A stretch of 64,000 bases of DNA, taken from positions 3,759 through 67,758 of the forward strand of contig JABDGD010000009.1 of assembly GCA_013286205.1 (NCBI GenBank), written 5' to 3'. This document shows positions 30,201-37,595 of the stretch, one piece after another; position 1 is the first letter of the stretch, and the number at the start of each line of letters is the position of its first letter. Below the pieces are notes generated by a model. That model worked only from the letters and a program-made list of their open reading frames with translations. It was not told the DNA's origin and ran no database searches. The DNA is from Candidatus Firestoneibacteriota bacterium. GTDB taxonomy: Bacteria > Oederibacteriota > Muellerivitia > Muellerivitales > Muellerivitaceae. The translations under genes and the position numbers were made by a program.

Positions 30201-33073
30201 GCCAGCTGCTGCGGGCCCATGAATATTGGCGCATGAAACGCCTATCCGTGGATATTGTGATCCTCAATGAGAAGGCCGCCTCTTATGTACAGGATTTGCA
30301 GACCACGCTTGAGGGTTTAGCGCGCGGCAGTGAAGCCACCTCCGCCGGCAATCCCGATCTGCCTCCGGGCAAAATTTTCGTGCTGCGCAATGACCTCTTG
30401 GATAGCAGGGAAAAAGAACTGCTGCTGACCGTGGCGCGGGCCGTAGTGCACAACCGTCAGGGAACCCTGGCTGAGCAGGTCATGCGGATGCGCAAAACCG
30501 ACCACCACCGTTCCATTCCGGCTAAACGCCATCACGAACTGGAAGCCTTCCGCCTTCAAAACCGCCTCGAAGAGCCTTTGTCCATACCGCCTCTGGAATT
30601 TTTCAACGGTATCGGCGGCTTTGCTCAGGACGGCAAAGAATATGTCATCGTTTTGGATAAGGGCCAAAGAACCCCCGCCCCCTGGGTAAATGTCATTGCC
30701 AACCCGGACTTTGGCTTTCTCGTGTCCGAATCGGGCGCGGGCTATACCTGGTCTCTCAATAGCCGCGAAAACCAAATCACATCCTGGTTTAACGACCCCG
30801 TGGTAGACCCTGTCAGCGAGGCTTTCTTTATCAGCGATCTGGATTCGGAACAGGTTTGGTCGCCCACCGCGTCCCCCATTCGGTTAGAAAATGCTATCTA
30901 TATGGCCCGGCATGGAGCCGGTTACAGTGTTTTCGAGAACAACTCCAATCAGATTCACAGTCAGCTCACCCAATTCGTGGATAAAACCGATCCCATCAAA
31001 ATTTCCAGACTGGTTTTGGAGAACAAATCGGACAAGGACCGCCGCTTGTCCGTCACCGGCTACGTGGAATGGGTTTTGGGCTTTACCCGCAGCAAAACCG
31101 CGCCCTTCATCATCACTGAGAGGGACGAGGAAACCGGCTCGATTTTCGCCACTAATCCCCTGAATATCGAGTTCGGCAGCCGGGTTTCTTTTCTGGGTAT
31201 CAACGCCAACCAAACCAACTGGACCGCTGACCGTTCGGAATTTATCGGCCGAAACGGCTCACTGGAAAGACCCGCCGGCCTCCTGCGCAAAGAAAAACTC
31301 AGCGGTTCCACCGGGGCCGGGCTGGATCCCTGCGGTGCATTGCAGCTGACCATTGAGCTGGCCCCGGGCGAAAAGAAAGAAATTTCCTTTTTCCTTGGAC
31401 AAACCGATAGTCAGGATAGCGCCCGCCGTTTGGTTCAAAAATACCGCCGCGGCGACTTGGAAGCGACTCTTCAAACCGTCACCCAAGCATGGGACAAACT
31501 TTTGGGTAAAACCCAGGTTCAAACCCCCGACCGTTCGATGGATATTTTGCTCAACCGCTGGCTCATGTACCAAACCCTTTCCTGCCGCTTTTGGGCTAGA
31601 ACCGCTTTTTATCAGGCCGGCGGAGCTATTGGCTTCCGCGATCAATTACAAGACTCAATGGCCATCATGACCGTCGACCCCGCTTTGGCCCGTTCCCATA
31701 TTTTAAAAACCGCCGCCCGGCAGTTTTTAGAAGGCGATGCCCAGCATTGGTGGCACCCGCCCACAGGACGGGGCGTGCGCACCCGTATTTCGGATGACCG
31801 GCTTTGGCTTCCCTATGTGGTTATGCATTATTTAAAAACCACGGAAGATCAAACCATTCTGGATGAACTGGTTCCCTTTATTGAAGGCGCGCCTCTGAAA
31901 GATGGTCAGGACGACTCTTATTTTGAACCAGCTGTTTCCCGCGAACCTGCCCTTACCCTTTACGAACATTGCGTCCGCGCCATCAATGTCAGCCTCAAAA
32001 TGGGAATACATGGATTGCCTCTCATGGGCAGCGGCGACTGGAATGACGGCATGAACCGCGTCGGCCACGAAGGCAAAGGTGAAAGTATCTGGCTGGGCTG
32101 GTTCCTCATCGACGTATTAACCCAAATGGCTCCTCTGGCGGGCCAACGCGGCGACACCTCAGCGAAAAACGCCTGGAACGAACAAGCCGCCCGCTTAAAG
32201 ACCGCTTTGGAGACTGATGGCTGGGATGGCGCTTGGTACAAACGCGCTTACTTTGATGACGGCTTTCCTCTGGGATCAAAAGAAAATACGGAGTGCCAGA
32301 TCGACTCTATCGCCCAAACCTGGGCCGTTTTGTCCGGCGCGGGAGATCCCAAAAGGTCGCTTGAAGCTATGCGATCCATGTCGGATCACCTCATCCGCGC
32401 AAAAGACAAACTCATCCTGTTATTTACCCCGCCCTTCAACACCACCCCGAAAGACCCCGGCTACATTAAGGGTTACCTGCCCGGCGTCCGTGAAAACGGC
32501 GGTCAATATACCCACGCGGCCGCCTGGTGTGTTTGCGCCTACGCCAAGATGGGTATGGGCGACAAAGCGGCCGAGTTATTCTCCATGCTTAATCCCATCA
32601 ATCACGCCCTTACCCGAACCAATGTGGGCCTCTATAAATCCGAACCTTATGTGATGGCCGCGGATATTTACGGCCATGCCCCTCATGTGGGCCGCGGCGG
32701 CTGGACCTGGTATACGGGCTCCGCGGGCTGGATGTATCGGTCCGGCGTGGAATTTATTCTGGGAATTGAGCAGCGCGGCAACAAACTGCACTTCAATCCC
32801 TGCATCCCCAAACAATGGTCAGGTTTCAAGGTGATTTATCAACACGGGGCCGAACCCGGCGTGATTCCCCTGGCCGAGCGGAAAGATTTAACCGCGACCA
32901 TTAAAATTCATAAAATTATTAGCACGACTTATGAAATACAATTTGAAAATCCAAACCATGTTTCACAAGGAATTAAACAAATTGAGTTAGATGGCCTTTT
33001 AGTTGGTAACGAAATGTTTGAATTGAAAGACGATCACAAAAATCACGTGGTCAAAGTCACTTTAGGCGCCTGA
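24209..33073 (+). CDS. ndvB: Cyclic beta-1,2-glucan synthase (Cgs/ChvB/NdvB type: membrane GT84 + GH94 phosphorylase-like domains)
   Basis: A single 2954-aa ORF. The GT region has VITLDSDTKLPPG (DxD) and HRWIRGDWQLLPWL, with multiple TM helices. The C-terminal GH94-like blocks are FRDQLQDSMA, GSGDWNDGMNRVG and GGQYTHAAAW. Size and domain order match known Cgs/NdvB proteins. Confidence 0.85.
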   Translation: MIQTLSDLIFRLNSHITALTTRPIEDPIRSELFSSERFDQHARSLAVAQTITDDPKSGTFLTPRLRENEKILQASFRYLTREVQNNKTINPAGEWLIDSFYVVEEQLRDIKRYLPNTFYNELPKLADGFLKGYPRVYGVAWAYVAHTDSRFDAESLSNFVRSYQQVQPLTIGELWALAVTLRIVMIDNLRRIGGYLVTSQEARKDADAFADELLGLVEEPSKNTQPTAAKLKKKSVHPAFLVQLIQRLRYQDPKGIPAVNWLNERLAEKKTTADDIVTSVHNRQSANNQTVRNIITSFRTMSSFDWQTFFELVSPVHKILCSHPNFMLMDFMTRNNYRSAVEELAKGSKKNELEIAHLVIEKAMSADARSERLRDPGYYLLGEGRPAFEKSLGFKVLVKNRVVRFYTDHPATVYIGHVALLTALILTVAELLNPGLSRPLIFTLLILGVFPASDLAVSRVNRFITKLIPPRHLSRFEFLDGPPAGFRTFVVVPTLLGSESDIPDQVEKLEVHFLSNPEGEVHFALLTDFIDSSTELSPDDLQKLTLAELLIESINLKHGPAPDGSPRFFIFHRKRLWNPVEGKWMGWERKRGKLHEFNLLLRGSEPTTYFTPKGQPITVPPGVRYVITLDSDTKLPPGVVSQLVGILAHPLHRAHLDPASNKVVDGYGILQPRVTAFLPSVNEKSIFQKLFSGEGGIDPYASAVSDVYQDLFGEGSFTGKGIYDLDAYETSLKGRIPDNSLLSHDLFEGSFARCGYASDLEFFEEFPSHAEISTVRNHRWIRGDWQLLPWLFGRGKADLSILSRWKMLDNLRRSLSPIAAIGIFLVVFAVPSVRALDWLTLTLFALALPSLITVVEDLAFWRQNLHWRDQLDEIKRDFFLGVGQFAVNLVLLANHAWIHLDAVIRTLWRLWVSHRNLLEWVTAAQAKTAAALTHASFWRRMKGSVAIAAISLTAAIFFNPRALPVCLPFALLWFSAPWIARWISLPESRDKIEPLTPADTEDFRLYSRRIWRFFKTFAQSEDNFLPPDNFQEDPQPAVAHRSSPTNFGLHLLSIVTARDFGWCGLADMTGYVENTLHSLQTLPRYRGHFYNWYDTKTLKPLDPQYISSVDSGNLAGHLLTLAQSCQDLAHQPLFSTEVLAGIQDSLTLFKKSVAELSDHGRTAGTPLSQLQKEVKHLEEKFNEITGAPFGQASAHLESLKLQAETTKDTAHAFASDQRSDETSEMTAWADMVAEDIESHTKDFKQFFSWIDAFSEIGLLTGDTDKEKELQLSIQRLLSSELTLAESPVRYAKAIDQLESLRQLRSSQQERTANEIIFDQLIEALTFSMKNSLDMLKRLKAIAATSIDLFNEMDFGFLLNPKKKLFSVGYRVPEGQLDESCYDLLASEARLTSYVAIIKGDVPVSHWFRLGRGLVADDGDAMLISWSGSMFEYLMPSLIMSTPDGSLLDQTCQRVVERQIQYGHLRGVPWGISESGYNIRDLNLAYQYSNFGVPGLGIKRGLAKDLVIAPYATALASMIDPPKALQNLKRLKSLGATGAYGFYEALDYTITRVREHEKFELVRSYMAHHQGMSLLSFSNVVHDGLLRRRFHMDPLVQAGELLLQERTPRNLGAVREQMKEVEVHKAHEPMLTNFRKIRSPHHPIPSSHLLSNGRYAVMMTAAGSGYSLWKNRAVTRWREDAAKDNYGNYLFLRDIKNGMVWSAAYQPTLVEPLQYETFFSEDQVKISRLDYSIFTDMAVIVSVEDDAELRRITLTNNGSEVREIEITSYAEVVLAPPDTDIAHPAFSNLFIETGFLPNLSALTATRRPRASSDERVFMAQVISSEGETLGEVEYETDRSKFVGRGRHLRKPISVMDGRSLSNTVGPVLDPVMSLRVKVRLQPGASAKVCFTTLVASSEAEMLAMAEKYHNPSAFERSSNLVWTQSKTRLHHLGIDLDEAEIFQKLANRIIFSDPLMRPTSEVLKMNRMNVTGLWSRGISGDLPIVLARIDDLEDQSLIRQLLRAHEYWRMKRLSVDIVILNEKAASYVQDLQTTLEGLARGSEATSAGNPDLPPGKIFVLRNDLLDSREKELLLTVARAVVHNRQGTLAEQVMRMRKTDHHRSIPAKRHHELEAFRLQNRLEEPLSIPPLEFFNGIGGFAQDGKEYVIVLDKGQRTPAPWVNVIANPDFGFLVSESGAGYTWSLNSRENQITSWFNDPVVDPVSEAFFISDLDSEQVWSPTASPIRLENAIYMARHGAGYSVFENNSNQIHSQLTQFVDKTDPIKISRLVLENKSDKDRRLSVTGYVEWVLGFTRSKTAPFIITERDEETGSIFATNPLNIEFGSRVSFLGINANQTNWTADRSEFIGRNGSLERPAGLLRKEKLSGSTGAGLDPCGALQLTIELAPGEKKEISFFLGQTDSQDSARRLVQKYRRGDLEATLQTVTQAWDKLLGKTQVQTPDRSMDILLNRWLMYQTLSCRFWARTAFYQAGGAIGFRDQLQDSMAIMTVDPALARSHILKTAARQFLEGDAQHWWHPPTGRGVRTRISDDRLWLPYVVMHYLKTTEDQTILDELVPFIEGAPLKDGQDDSYFEPAVSREPALTLYEHCVRAINVSLKMGIHGLPLMGSGDWNDGMNRVGHEGKGESIWLGWFLIDVLTQMAPLAGQRGDTSAKNAWNEQAARLKTALETDGWDGAWYKRAYFDDGFPLGSKENTECQIDSIAQTWAVLSGAGDPKRSLEAMRSMSDHLIRAKDKLILLFTPPFNTTPKDPGYIKGYLPGVRENGGQYTHAAAWCVCAYAKMGMGDKAAELFSMLNPINHALTRTNVGLYKSEPYVMAADIYGHAPHVGRGGWTWYTGSAGWMYRSGVEFILGIEQRGNKLHFNPCIPKQWSGFKVIYQHGAEPGVIPLAERKDLTATIKIHKIISTTYEIQFENPNHVSQGIKQIELDGLLVGNEMFELKDDHKNHVVKVTLGA

Positions 33074-33084
33074 GCGAACGGCTC

Positions 33085-33114
33085 TCATTTTGAGAACCCG
33101 GCCTAGCGAAGTGA
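33085..33114. promoter_or_regulatory. Candidate EBP enhancer (UAS), half-degenerate
   Basis: TCATTTTGA-N12-GCGAAGTGA, with starts 21 bp apart. Additional TCAAAAATA and TCAAAACCC 9-mers sit at 33126 and 33138. All lie upstream of promoter 33179. Confidence 0.4.
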
Positions 33115-33178
33115 TAGTCGCCCTCTCAAAAATACCCTCAAAACCCAGCAATAAACGTTTAAACCAAAATCAACAGAC

Positions 33179-33194
33179 TGGTACGCACCTTGCT
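33179..33194 (+). promoter_or_regulatory. Sigma-54 (-24/-12) promoter
   Basis: TGGTACGCACCTTGCT, 50 nt upstream of GTG 33243 (RBS GGGAGG). Confidence 0.7.
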
Positions 33195-33242
33195 CTAGGT
33201 AAGGTGTAGACTTTAATTAAACCCAGTTATCGGGAGGTTTTT

Positions 33243-34019
33243 GTGAAACACCGTATACCCGTTCTCACCATGGCTCTTTTCCTAATCGTGGGCGCCTTGG
33301 GATTCATATCCTGCGCCAGCCACCCCGTCAAAACTAGCGAACAACCGTCTGTCAGCGTTCTCAAATCCGAGCAAGAATCCAACCCATACCCCTCCAACAC
33401 TACCTCAGGCGCATCTGCCCCTGTTGTTACCAGAAACTCTACAGCTTCTAACGCTTCACCCCTGCCCCACTATGCTTCTCAAGTCGTCGCGGCCACGACC
33501 GCCGTCAGCTCCACCGGAGAAAACATTCTGGCCCTGTTGCTCTTGCTGCTCGCGTTGCTCGTGTTATGGGCTACTGTTCGCCAGATTCGCAAAAACAAAA
33601 AGCCAGCTTCAAGGCCGGCGCTCATAGCTCCTCAACATAAAGTGATCACCCCAACGGGCAGCTCCATTCGCAACGGCGTTCTCTTCACCAGCGCTGGCCC
33701 CACTCATTTGTTACACGCCAAACACAATTATCATCCCAACATCGTCCCCGTTAATCACAAAGACGACATTATGATCGCCGCCTTCTACTACGATCAAATT
33801 CATAAAATGCATTTCGCTCCCAACACCACCATCAAAAAGGTGGCTGGTTGGGCCGCCTATCAATGTCAAATTTCAGAAGAGTATTTAGAGGAAGTCTACT
33901 TAACCATCCGCGACTATTTCGCGCCGCTGCGAGAAACTGCCCACGTCGCGCGTTTTGTGCCGCGCCATAGAAAACACTTGGAGTTAGATGTGAAGGTTTT
34001 GGCCCGGATGCGCGTATAA
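33243..34019 (+). CDS. Membrane-anchored protein of unknown function
   Basis: 258 aa. The signal/lipobox-like LGFISCAS is followed by an S/T/P-rich spacer, the TM helix ILALLLLLLALLVLWATV, and a 130-aa C-terminal domain with no recognised motif. Confidence 0.5.
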   Translation: MKHRIPVLTMALFLIVGALGFISCASHPVKTSEQPSVSVLKSEQESNPYPSNTTSGASAPVVTRNSTASNASPLPHYASQVVAATTAVSSTGENILALLLLLLALLVLWATVRQIRKNKKPASRPALIAPQHKVITPTGSSIRNGVLFTSAGPTHLLHAKHNYHPNIVPVNHKDDIMIAAFYYDQIHKMHFAPNTTIKKVAGWAAYQCQISEEYLEEVYLTIRDYFAPLRETAHVARFVPRHRKHLELDVKVLARMRV

Positions 34020-34051
34020 ACCAATGTTGTTCAAATCGATCAAACCGCAAT

Positions 34052-34096
34052 AAAAAAGCCCGATCTTTTATTAATAAAAGATCGGGCTCGCTTTTT
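34052..34096. terminator. Bidirectional rho-independent terminator
   Basis: A perfect 14-bp stem, AGCCCGATCTTTTA (34057-70) pairing with TAAAAGATCGGGCT (34075-88), has loop TTAA and A/T runs on both sides. It lies between convergent genes. Confidence 0.85.
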
Positions 34097-34116
34097 AACC
34101 CAGCTAGACAGCCTTA

Positions 34117-34452
34117 TTAAACGCCCACAACCCGTAAAATGATGATGCAAAGAGCAATGACCAACACCCAGGTCAAAACTTCACTCGGCCCATCACCCGC
34201 CTTTAAAGCACCCAAATCAGGCGATCCAGCTTGTAAGCTTTTCAACGTCGACTCCTCGGTAGCTTCTAAGGGCCTCGGCGCGTTCGGAAAAGAACCGCCC
34301 GCCTTAAGCGTCAAAAGAGCGCTGTTACTCGCCAGTTCGTTCAATTGCGCGCCTTCTTGCGCCGAAATCGGCACAGGGCCCGCCATGACTTTGTCTGAAA
34401 AGCCAACCAACGCGAAACAAATAGCCGCGACCAGAACTATAATTTTTTTCAT
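34117..34452 (-). CDS. Secreted protein with C-terminal TM anchor
   Basis: ATG 34452 has a strong RBS (AAAGGAGA): MKKIIVLVAAICFALVGFSDKVMA. The C-terminal helix is VLTWVLVIALCIIILRVVGV. Confidence 0.5.
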   Translation of the reverse strand: MKKIIVLVAAICFALVGFSDKVMAGPVPISAQEGAQLNELASNSALLTLKAGGSFPNAPRPLEATEESTLKSLQAGSPDLGALKAGDGPSEVLTWVLVIALCIIILRVVGV

Positions 34453-34678
34453 CACGTCTCCTTTCACGAAATTATTTTCGAAGTACTTCACAACTTCCTG
34501 ACATCTCTATTTTAATAAATTTCACGATAAATACTTAGGGGTACATCGCTTTTATTATTCTCGCTATCAATTTGATAGTTTCTCTTTTGAGAAAAAATTG
34601 GCCATGCTGTTCATTTCCGCGATGACAACTTAAAATACAATTACTTCTCGATCATTTCGTCACACGAAAGCAACCGCT

Positions 34679-35266
34679 ATGAAATTTAAAAAAAATTCTC
34701 ACACTCAATATGTCGGAGCAGTTCTTATATCACTCTCGTTACTTTCACTCAGCTGTGCCACCAGCAACGGACTGAAGACTCTCTCAGACCAGGCGGTTCT
34801 GTTGGATCTTCCCGTGGTGCGCCAAACCGCGCCCAATCTTTGCGGCGAAGTAGCGCTGGAAATGCTGACCCGTTATTACAACGTTCTCTTAACTCCCGAA
34901 CAGGAAGACCGGTTGACAAAAGAAGCGAATCAAAAAGAAGGTATTACGGGCGCGACGTTGAAGGAGGTATTGGAAGAACAGGGCTATTTCGCCGCGGTCT
35001 TTTCGGGCACTTTGACCCGTCAAGTCTCCGGGCTTTACCACCACCTGGACTTAAGACGGCCTTTGATCGTGATGATTGAGGGCGCCGGACCCGACAAGAA
35101 CCATTATGTTTTAGCAGTGGGCTATGACGAAAACACCAATAACATTGTGCTGTTAGACCCGGTTCGGGGTGAGGTAGCGATGTCGGTGATTAACTTCAAG
35201 AAGGCCTGGGGTAAGGTGAACAACTTTACGCTGTTGGCCATGCCCAAGAAACTGAAGAACGAATAG
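34679..35266 (+). CDS. Peptidase C39-like (papain-fold Cys peptidase) lipoprotein
   Basis: The lipobox is LSLLSLSCAT. The putative catalytic triad context is QTAPNLCGEVALEM (Cys), KNHYVLAVGYD (His) and VLLDP (Asp). Confidence 0.55.
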   Translation: MKFKKNSHTQYVGAVLISLSLLSLSCATSNGLKTLSDQAVLLDLPVVRQTAPNLCGEVALEMLTRYYNVLLTPEQEDRLTKEANQKEGITGATLKEVLEEQGYFAAVFSGTLTRQVSGLYHHLDLRRPLIVMIEGAGPDKNHYVLAVGYDENTNNIVLLDPVRGEVAMSVINFKKAWGKVNNFTLLAMPKKLKNE

Positions 35267-35269
35267 CGA

Positions 35270-35500
35270 TTAGGCCGTTCCCCACTTCACCCGAAGCCAT
35301 AGTCTTTCATGAATGAAGTAGGCCACCGTCGTGTAAATGTTGCTGACGATAACGAATCCGCCCGCCACATTGGTGCTTCCGGTGAATAGTTTGATGGCAG
35401 TAAAGTCGAGAACCATGATGAAAGCCCGATAAGTAATGGCTTTCACCACCGATCTTTTCAACCGTTCCGATTCTTTCTTGGTTCGTTTGGTTTTTTTCAT
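35270..35500 (-). CDS. DUF2061-family membrane protein
   Basis: 76 aa. ESERLKRSVVKAITYRAFIMVLDFTAIKLFTG...YFIHERLWLRVKWG matches the DUF2061 pattern. Confidence 0.65.
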   Translation of the reverse strand: MKKTKRTKKESERLKRSVVKAITYRAFIMVLDFTAIKLFTGSTNVAGGFVIVSNIYTTVAYFIHERLWLRVKWGTA

Positions 35501-35525
35501 GAAGTCCCCTCGACCCCTGATCGGG

Positions 35526-36185
35526 TTATTTCACAACCGCGATAACGCCTTCTTTTTCCAACTCATCCACAAGAGCGCTGGCGTATGAGTCTACGACTGC
35601 TTCTAAAGAGACACTTCCATCCGCGTCCATCGGCACCTGACTGCCTGAGTCGGCCTTCCAAATGGGCGCGTAGTCCGTTGTATCCACCAGGGTGGTTTGC
35701 ATCTTGTAATGGGCCGTATCAAAGGTATTAACGGTCTCCACGTAATCATAGTGGCGGGTAGAAGCGACTACCGTGCTATTAGGGTCGTTCAATAAATTAA
35801 CCTGAGGGTCCGCCTCATCGCGCGAAATTTTTGAAACCATGGTCACCGCGCTCTGCACAACCTTGGAATCCACAATCTTGATGAAAAGAGCCGCGTCAAA
35901 GCCGTCAGCCTTCACGGTGATCTTCTTTTCATCCTTAGGAACGTTGGTTCCCTGCGGGAAAACATCATAGCTGGCAATAGCGTCAACATTCGCCGCCCGA
36001 AGTTTCTGAACTACAACATCCTCAATGGTTTGCCGAGAATCCATATCCTTCAAATTGGTATGAACGATGATCTTCTTGTAATGCACACCCGATTCAACCC
36101 GGGTGGTGATGTTTCTAAACTGCGTTGAGGCGCAGCCTTCTAAGACCGCCGCCACCAACAGTAAACTCAAAAAGATGTTTTTCAT
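35526..36185 (-). CDS. Lipoprotein of unknown function
   Basis: ATG 36185 gives MKNIFLSLLLVAAVLEGCAST (lipobox). The listed start 36221 is only about 26 nt from the -12 box of promoter 36246. Confidence 0.55.
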   Translation of the reverse strand: MKNIFLSLLLVAAVLEGCASTQFRNITTRVESGVHYKKIIVHTNLKDMDSRQTIEDVVVQKLRAANVDAIASYDVFPQGTNVPKDEKKITVKADGFDAALFIKIVDSKVVQSAVTMVSKISRDEADPQVNLLNDPNSTVVASTRHYDYVETVNTFDTAHYKMQTTLVDTTDYAPIWKADSGSQVPMDADGSVSLEAVVDSYASALVDELEKEGVIAVVK

Positions 36186-36245
36186 TGGAATACCTTTAAA
36201 TTTGAATAGTGAACCCGCCAATTCTACTCCGCGCTTTTATTCAAA

Positions 36246-36261
36246 GGCAAACGAAGTACCA
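36246..36261 (-). promoter_or_regulatory. Sigma-54 (-24/-12) promoter
   Basis: The minus strand reads TGGTACTTCGTTTGCC, 62 nt upstream of ATG 36185. No clear TCAnnnTGA dyad was found upstream. Confidence 0.6.
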
Positions 36262-36499
36262 AAAATGCCTAAAAACCGTCTTACCAAAAGCGGTTTTATT
36301 AAAAATATCGATTTCCAAGCCTTGTCGTCCGCCACTGCAGGGTTCGAGACCCAGACCGAATGACTTAAGGAACTCTTTTAGCGGATCGCGCATAAGTAGA
36401 CAGAAATACCCCACAGCAAGGTTTTACCCGCTTCATGGCTTAAAGACTTTGTTGATGATCCCAGCTTAAAGAATCATCAAAGACTAACCTGCCAAAGTC

Positions 36500-36820
36500 T
36501 TATTTTCGTTTTTTGAGCTTTGTGCTGCGTGAAGAGGGTGCTGAAACAGCGGAGGTACGGCTATCCCAGATAGGCCCGCGCTCGATATGGGACTCTTTTC
36601 GGTCCGGGGATTTCTCTTCATCAGGATAATATCGCGGCACCAGCCGGACACTGCCTCTTGAACTTTTTCTGATCGATCGGACGCGGAGGTTTCCAAAATC
36701 CTCTTCCGCTTTCAGGATTTCCGCTTCCGTATGCGCCTTGGCCATCTCAGGGCTTTTACGAAGAGGTTCACTAATCGGCTCGGTGAACCATTTGATAATT
36801 TTGCTAGTGAGATCAAACAT
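36500..36820 (-). CDS. Conserved hypothetical protein with basic tail (paralog of 39549..39872)
   Basis: 106 aa. The blocks shared with the paralog are KxFxEPxxEPLRKSxEM, RGSVxLxPRYYPxEE, GPxWDxRT and the C-terminal KxKKRK. Confidence 0.55.
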   Translation of the reverse strand: MFDLTSKIIKWFTEPISEPLRKSPEMAKAHTEAEILKAEEDFGNLRVRSIRKSSRGSVRLVPRYYPDEEKSPDRKESHIERGPIWDSRTSAVSAPSSRSTKLKKRK

Positions 36821-36870
36821 AGTTTTCCTTTATCTGCATTTTTAAAACCATTTCATTCAAAAGATCGAAA

Positions 36871-37173
36871 TTACTTCGAGGCAGGTTCCATCACGTTGGT
36901 AGCCGAAGGGGTCAAGTTGATTCCCCGCGCCGCGGGCATCATCGGCGTCGGTCCCGCAATCACACGAGATGCGTTGATGTTTTGAGGAAAATTCGGTGTC
37001 GGGCTGACCGTCGCTTCCTCAATGGTCGGCGTATATTTGAGCGTCATATCAATATTCCCGTTAGCGTTTTGGGCTTTCGAACAGCCTGTCACCACCAGCG
37101 CCGACAAGATGGCCGCAGACGCCAAACCCACCCGGCGATTTTTAAAAGTCACGAAAGTCTCCATGCTTCTCAA
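36871..37173 (-). CDS. Small lipoprotein
   Basis: 100 aa with lipobox LVVTGCSKAQ. It overlaps the upstream BON gene by 4 nt. Confidence 0.5.
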   Translation of the reverse strand: MRSMETFVTFKNRRVGLASAAILSALVVTGCSKAQNANGNIDMTLKYTPTIEEATVSPTPNFPQNINASRVIAGPTPMMPAARGINLTPSATNVMEPASK

Positions 37174-37412
37174 TGCCGATTGTTATCAAAGGATGAATCA
37201 ATAGGAATGACCCGAACTTGATTGACAATCTTGCGATGGCCAGCAAACTCCCGCACCGCGGTTTCAATGCTTCGCTTTTCTTGAAAATTGTCCGCAATAC
37301 CGTAAATAGTCACTTTATTCTCTTGCACCTTTGCGTGTAGATGCTCTCCCATGTTTCGCAATAGATGAGTGAGAAGAACTTCCAACTCGACTTCCTTGAG
37401 TAAATGCGCCAT
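37170..37412 (-). CDS. Small cytoplasmic BON-domain protein (subtype B)
   Basis: 80 aa with no signal peptide. It reads LEVLLTHLLRNMGEHLHAKVQENKVTIYGIADNFQEKRSIETAVREFAGHRKIVNQVRV. The closest paralog is 40410..40655. Confidence 0.75.
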   Translation of the reverse strand: MAHLLKEVELEVLLTHLLRNMGEHLHAKVQENKVTIYGIADNFQEKRSIETAVREFAGHRKIVNQVRVIPIDSSFDNNRH

Positions 37413-37477
37413 ATCAGATTCCTTTCAAACGAGTTCGGTTGCCGCCCTCGCAGTGAAGCGTTCCAGACATAAGTAAA

Positions 37478-37493
37478 AGCAAGAAAAGTGCCA
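37478..37493 (-). promoter_or_regulatory. Sigma-54 (-24/-12) promoter
   Basis: The minus strand reads TGGCACTTTTCTTGCT, a perfect TGGCAC-N5-TTGC. It is 67 nt upstream of ATG 37412. Confidence 0.85.
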
Positions 37494-37565
37494 TGGAGAT
37501 AAAAGAATAAGGCAGGAAATACCCAACAAATCAGGGCATAAATTAGAGCGAATTCTCACATCCCA

Positions 37566-37595
37566 TCAAAATGAGCCTGTCATTTTTCATTTTGA
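37566..37595. promoter_or_regulatory. Candidate EBP enhancer (UAS) dyad
   Basis: TCAAAATGA-N12-TCATTTTGA is an exact inverted repeat with starts 21 bp apart. It lies 73 bp upstream of the -24 box of promoter 37478. Confidence 0.7.

Noticed and set aside
24224-33073. About 25 short ORFs in other frames or on the other strand inside the cyclic glucan synthase gene
   Set aside because: All are nested in one continuous 2954-aa ORF with GT84 and GH94 motifs along its whole length, so they are frame artefacts.
36452-36480. Perfect 8-bp inverted repeat TTGATGAT-N13-ATCATCAA downstream of 36500..36820
   Set aside because: I considered it as a terminator, but there is no T-run. I considered it as the missing UAS for promoter 36246, but the half-site TGATGAT does not match TCAnnnTGA. 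It is left unassigned.
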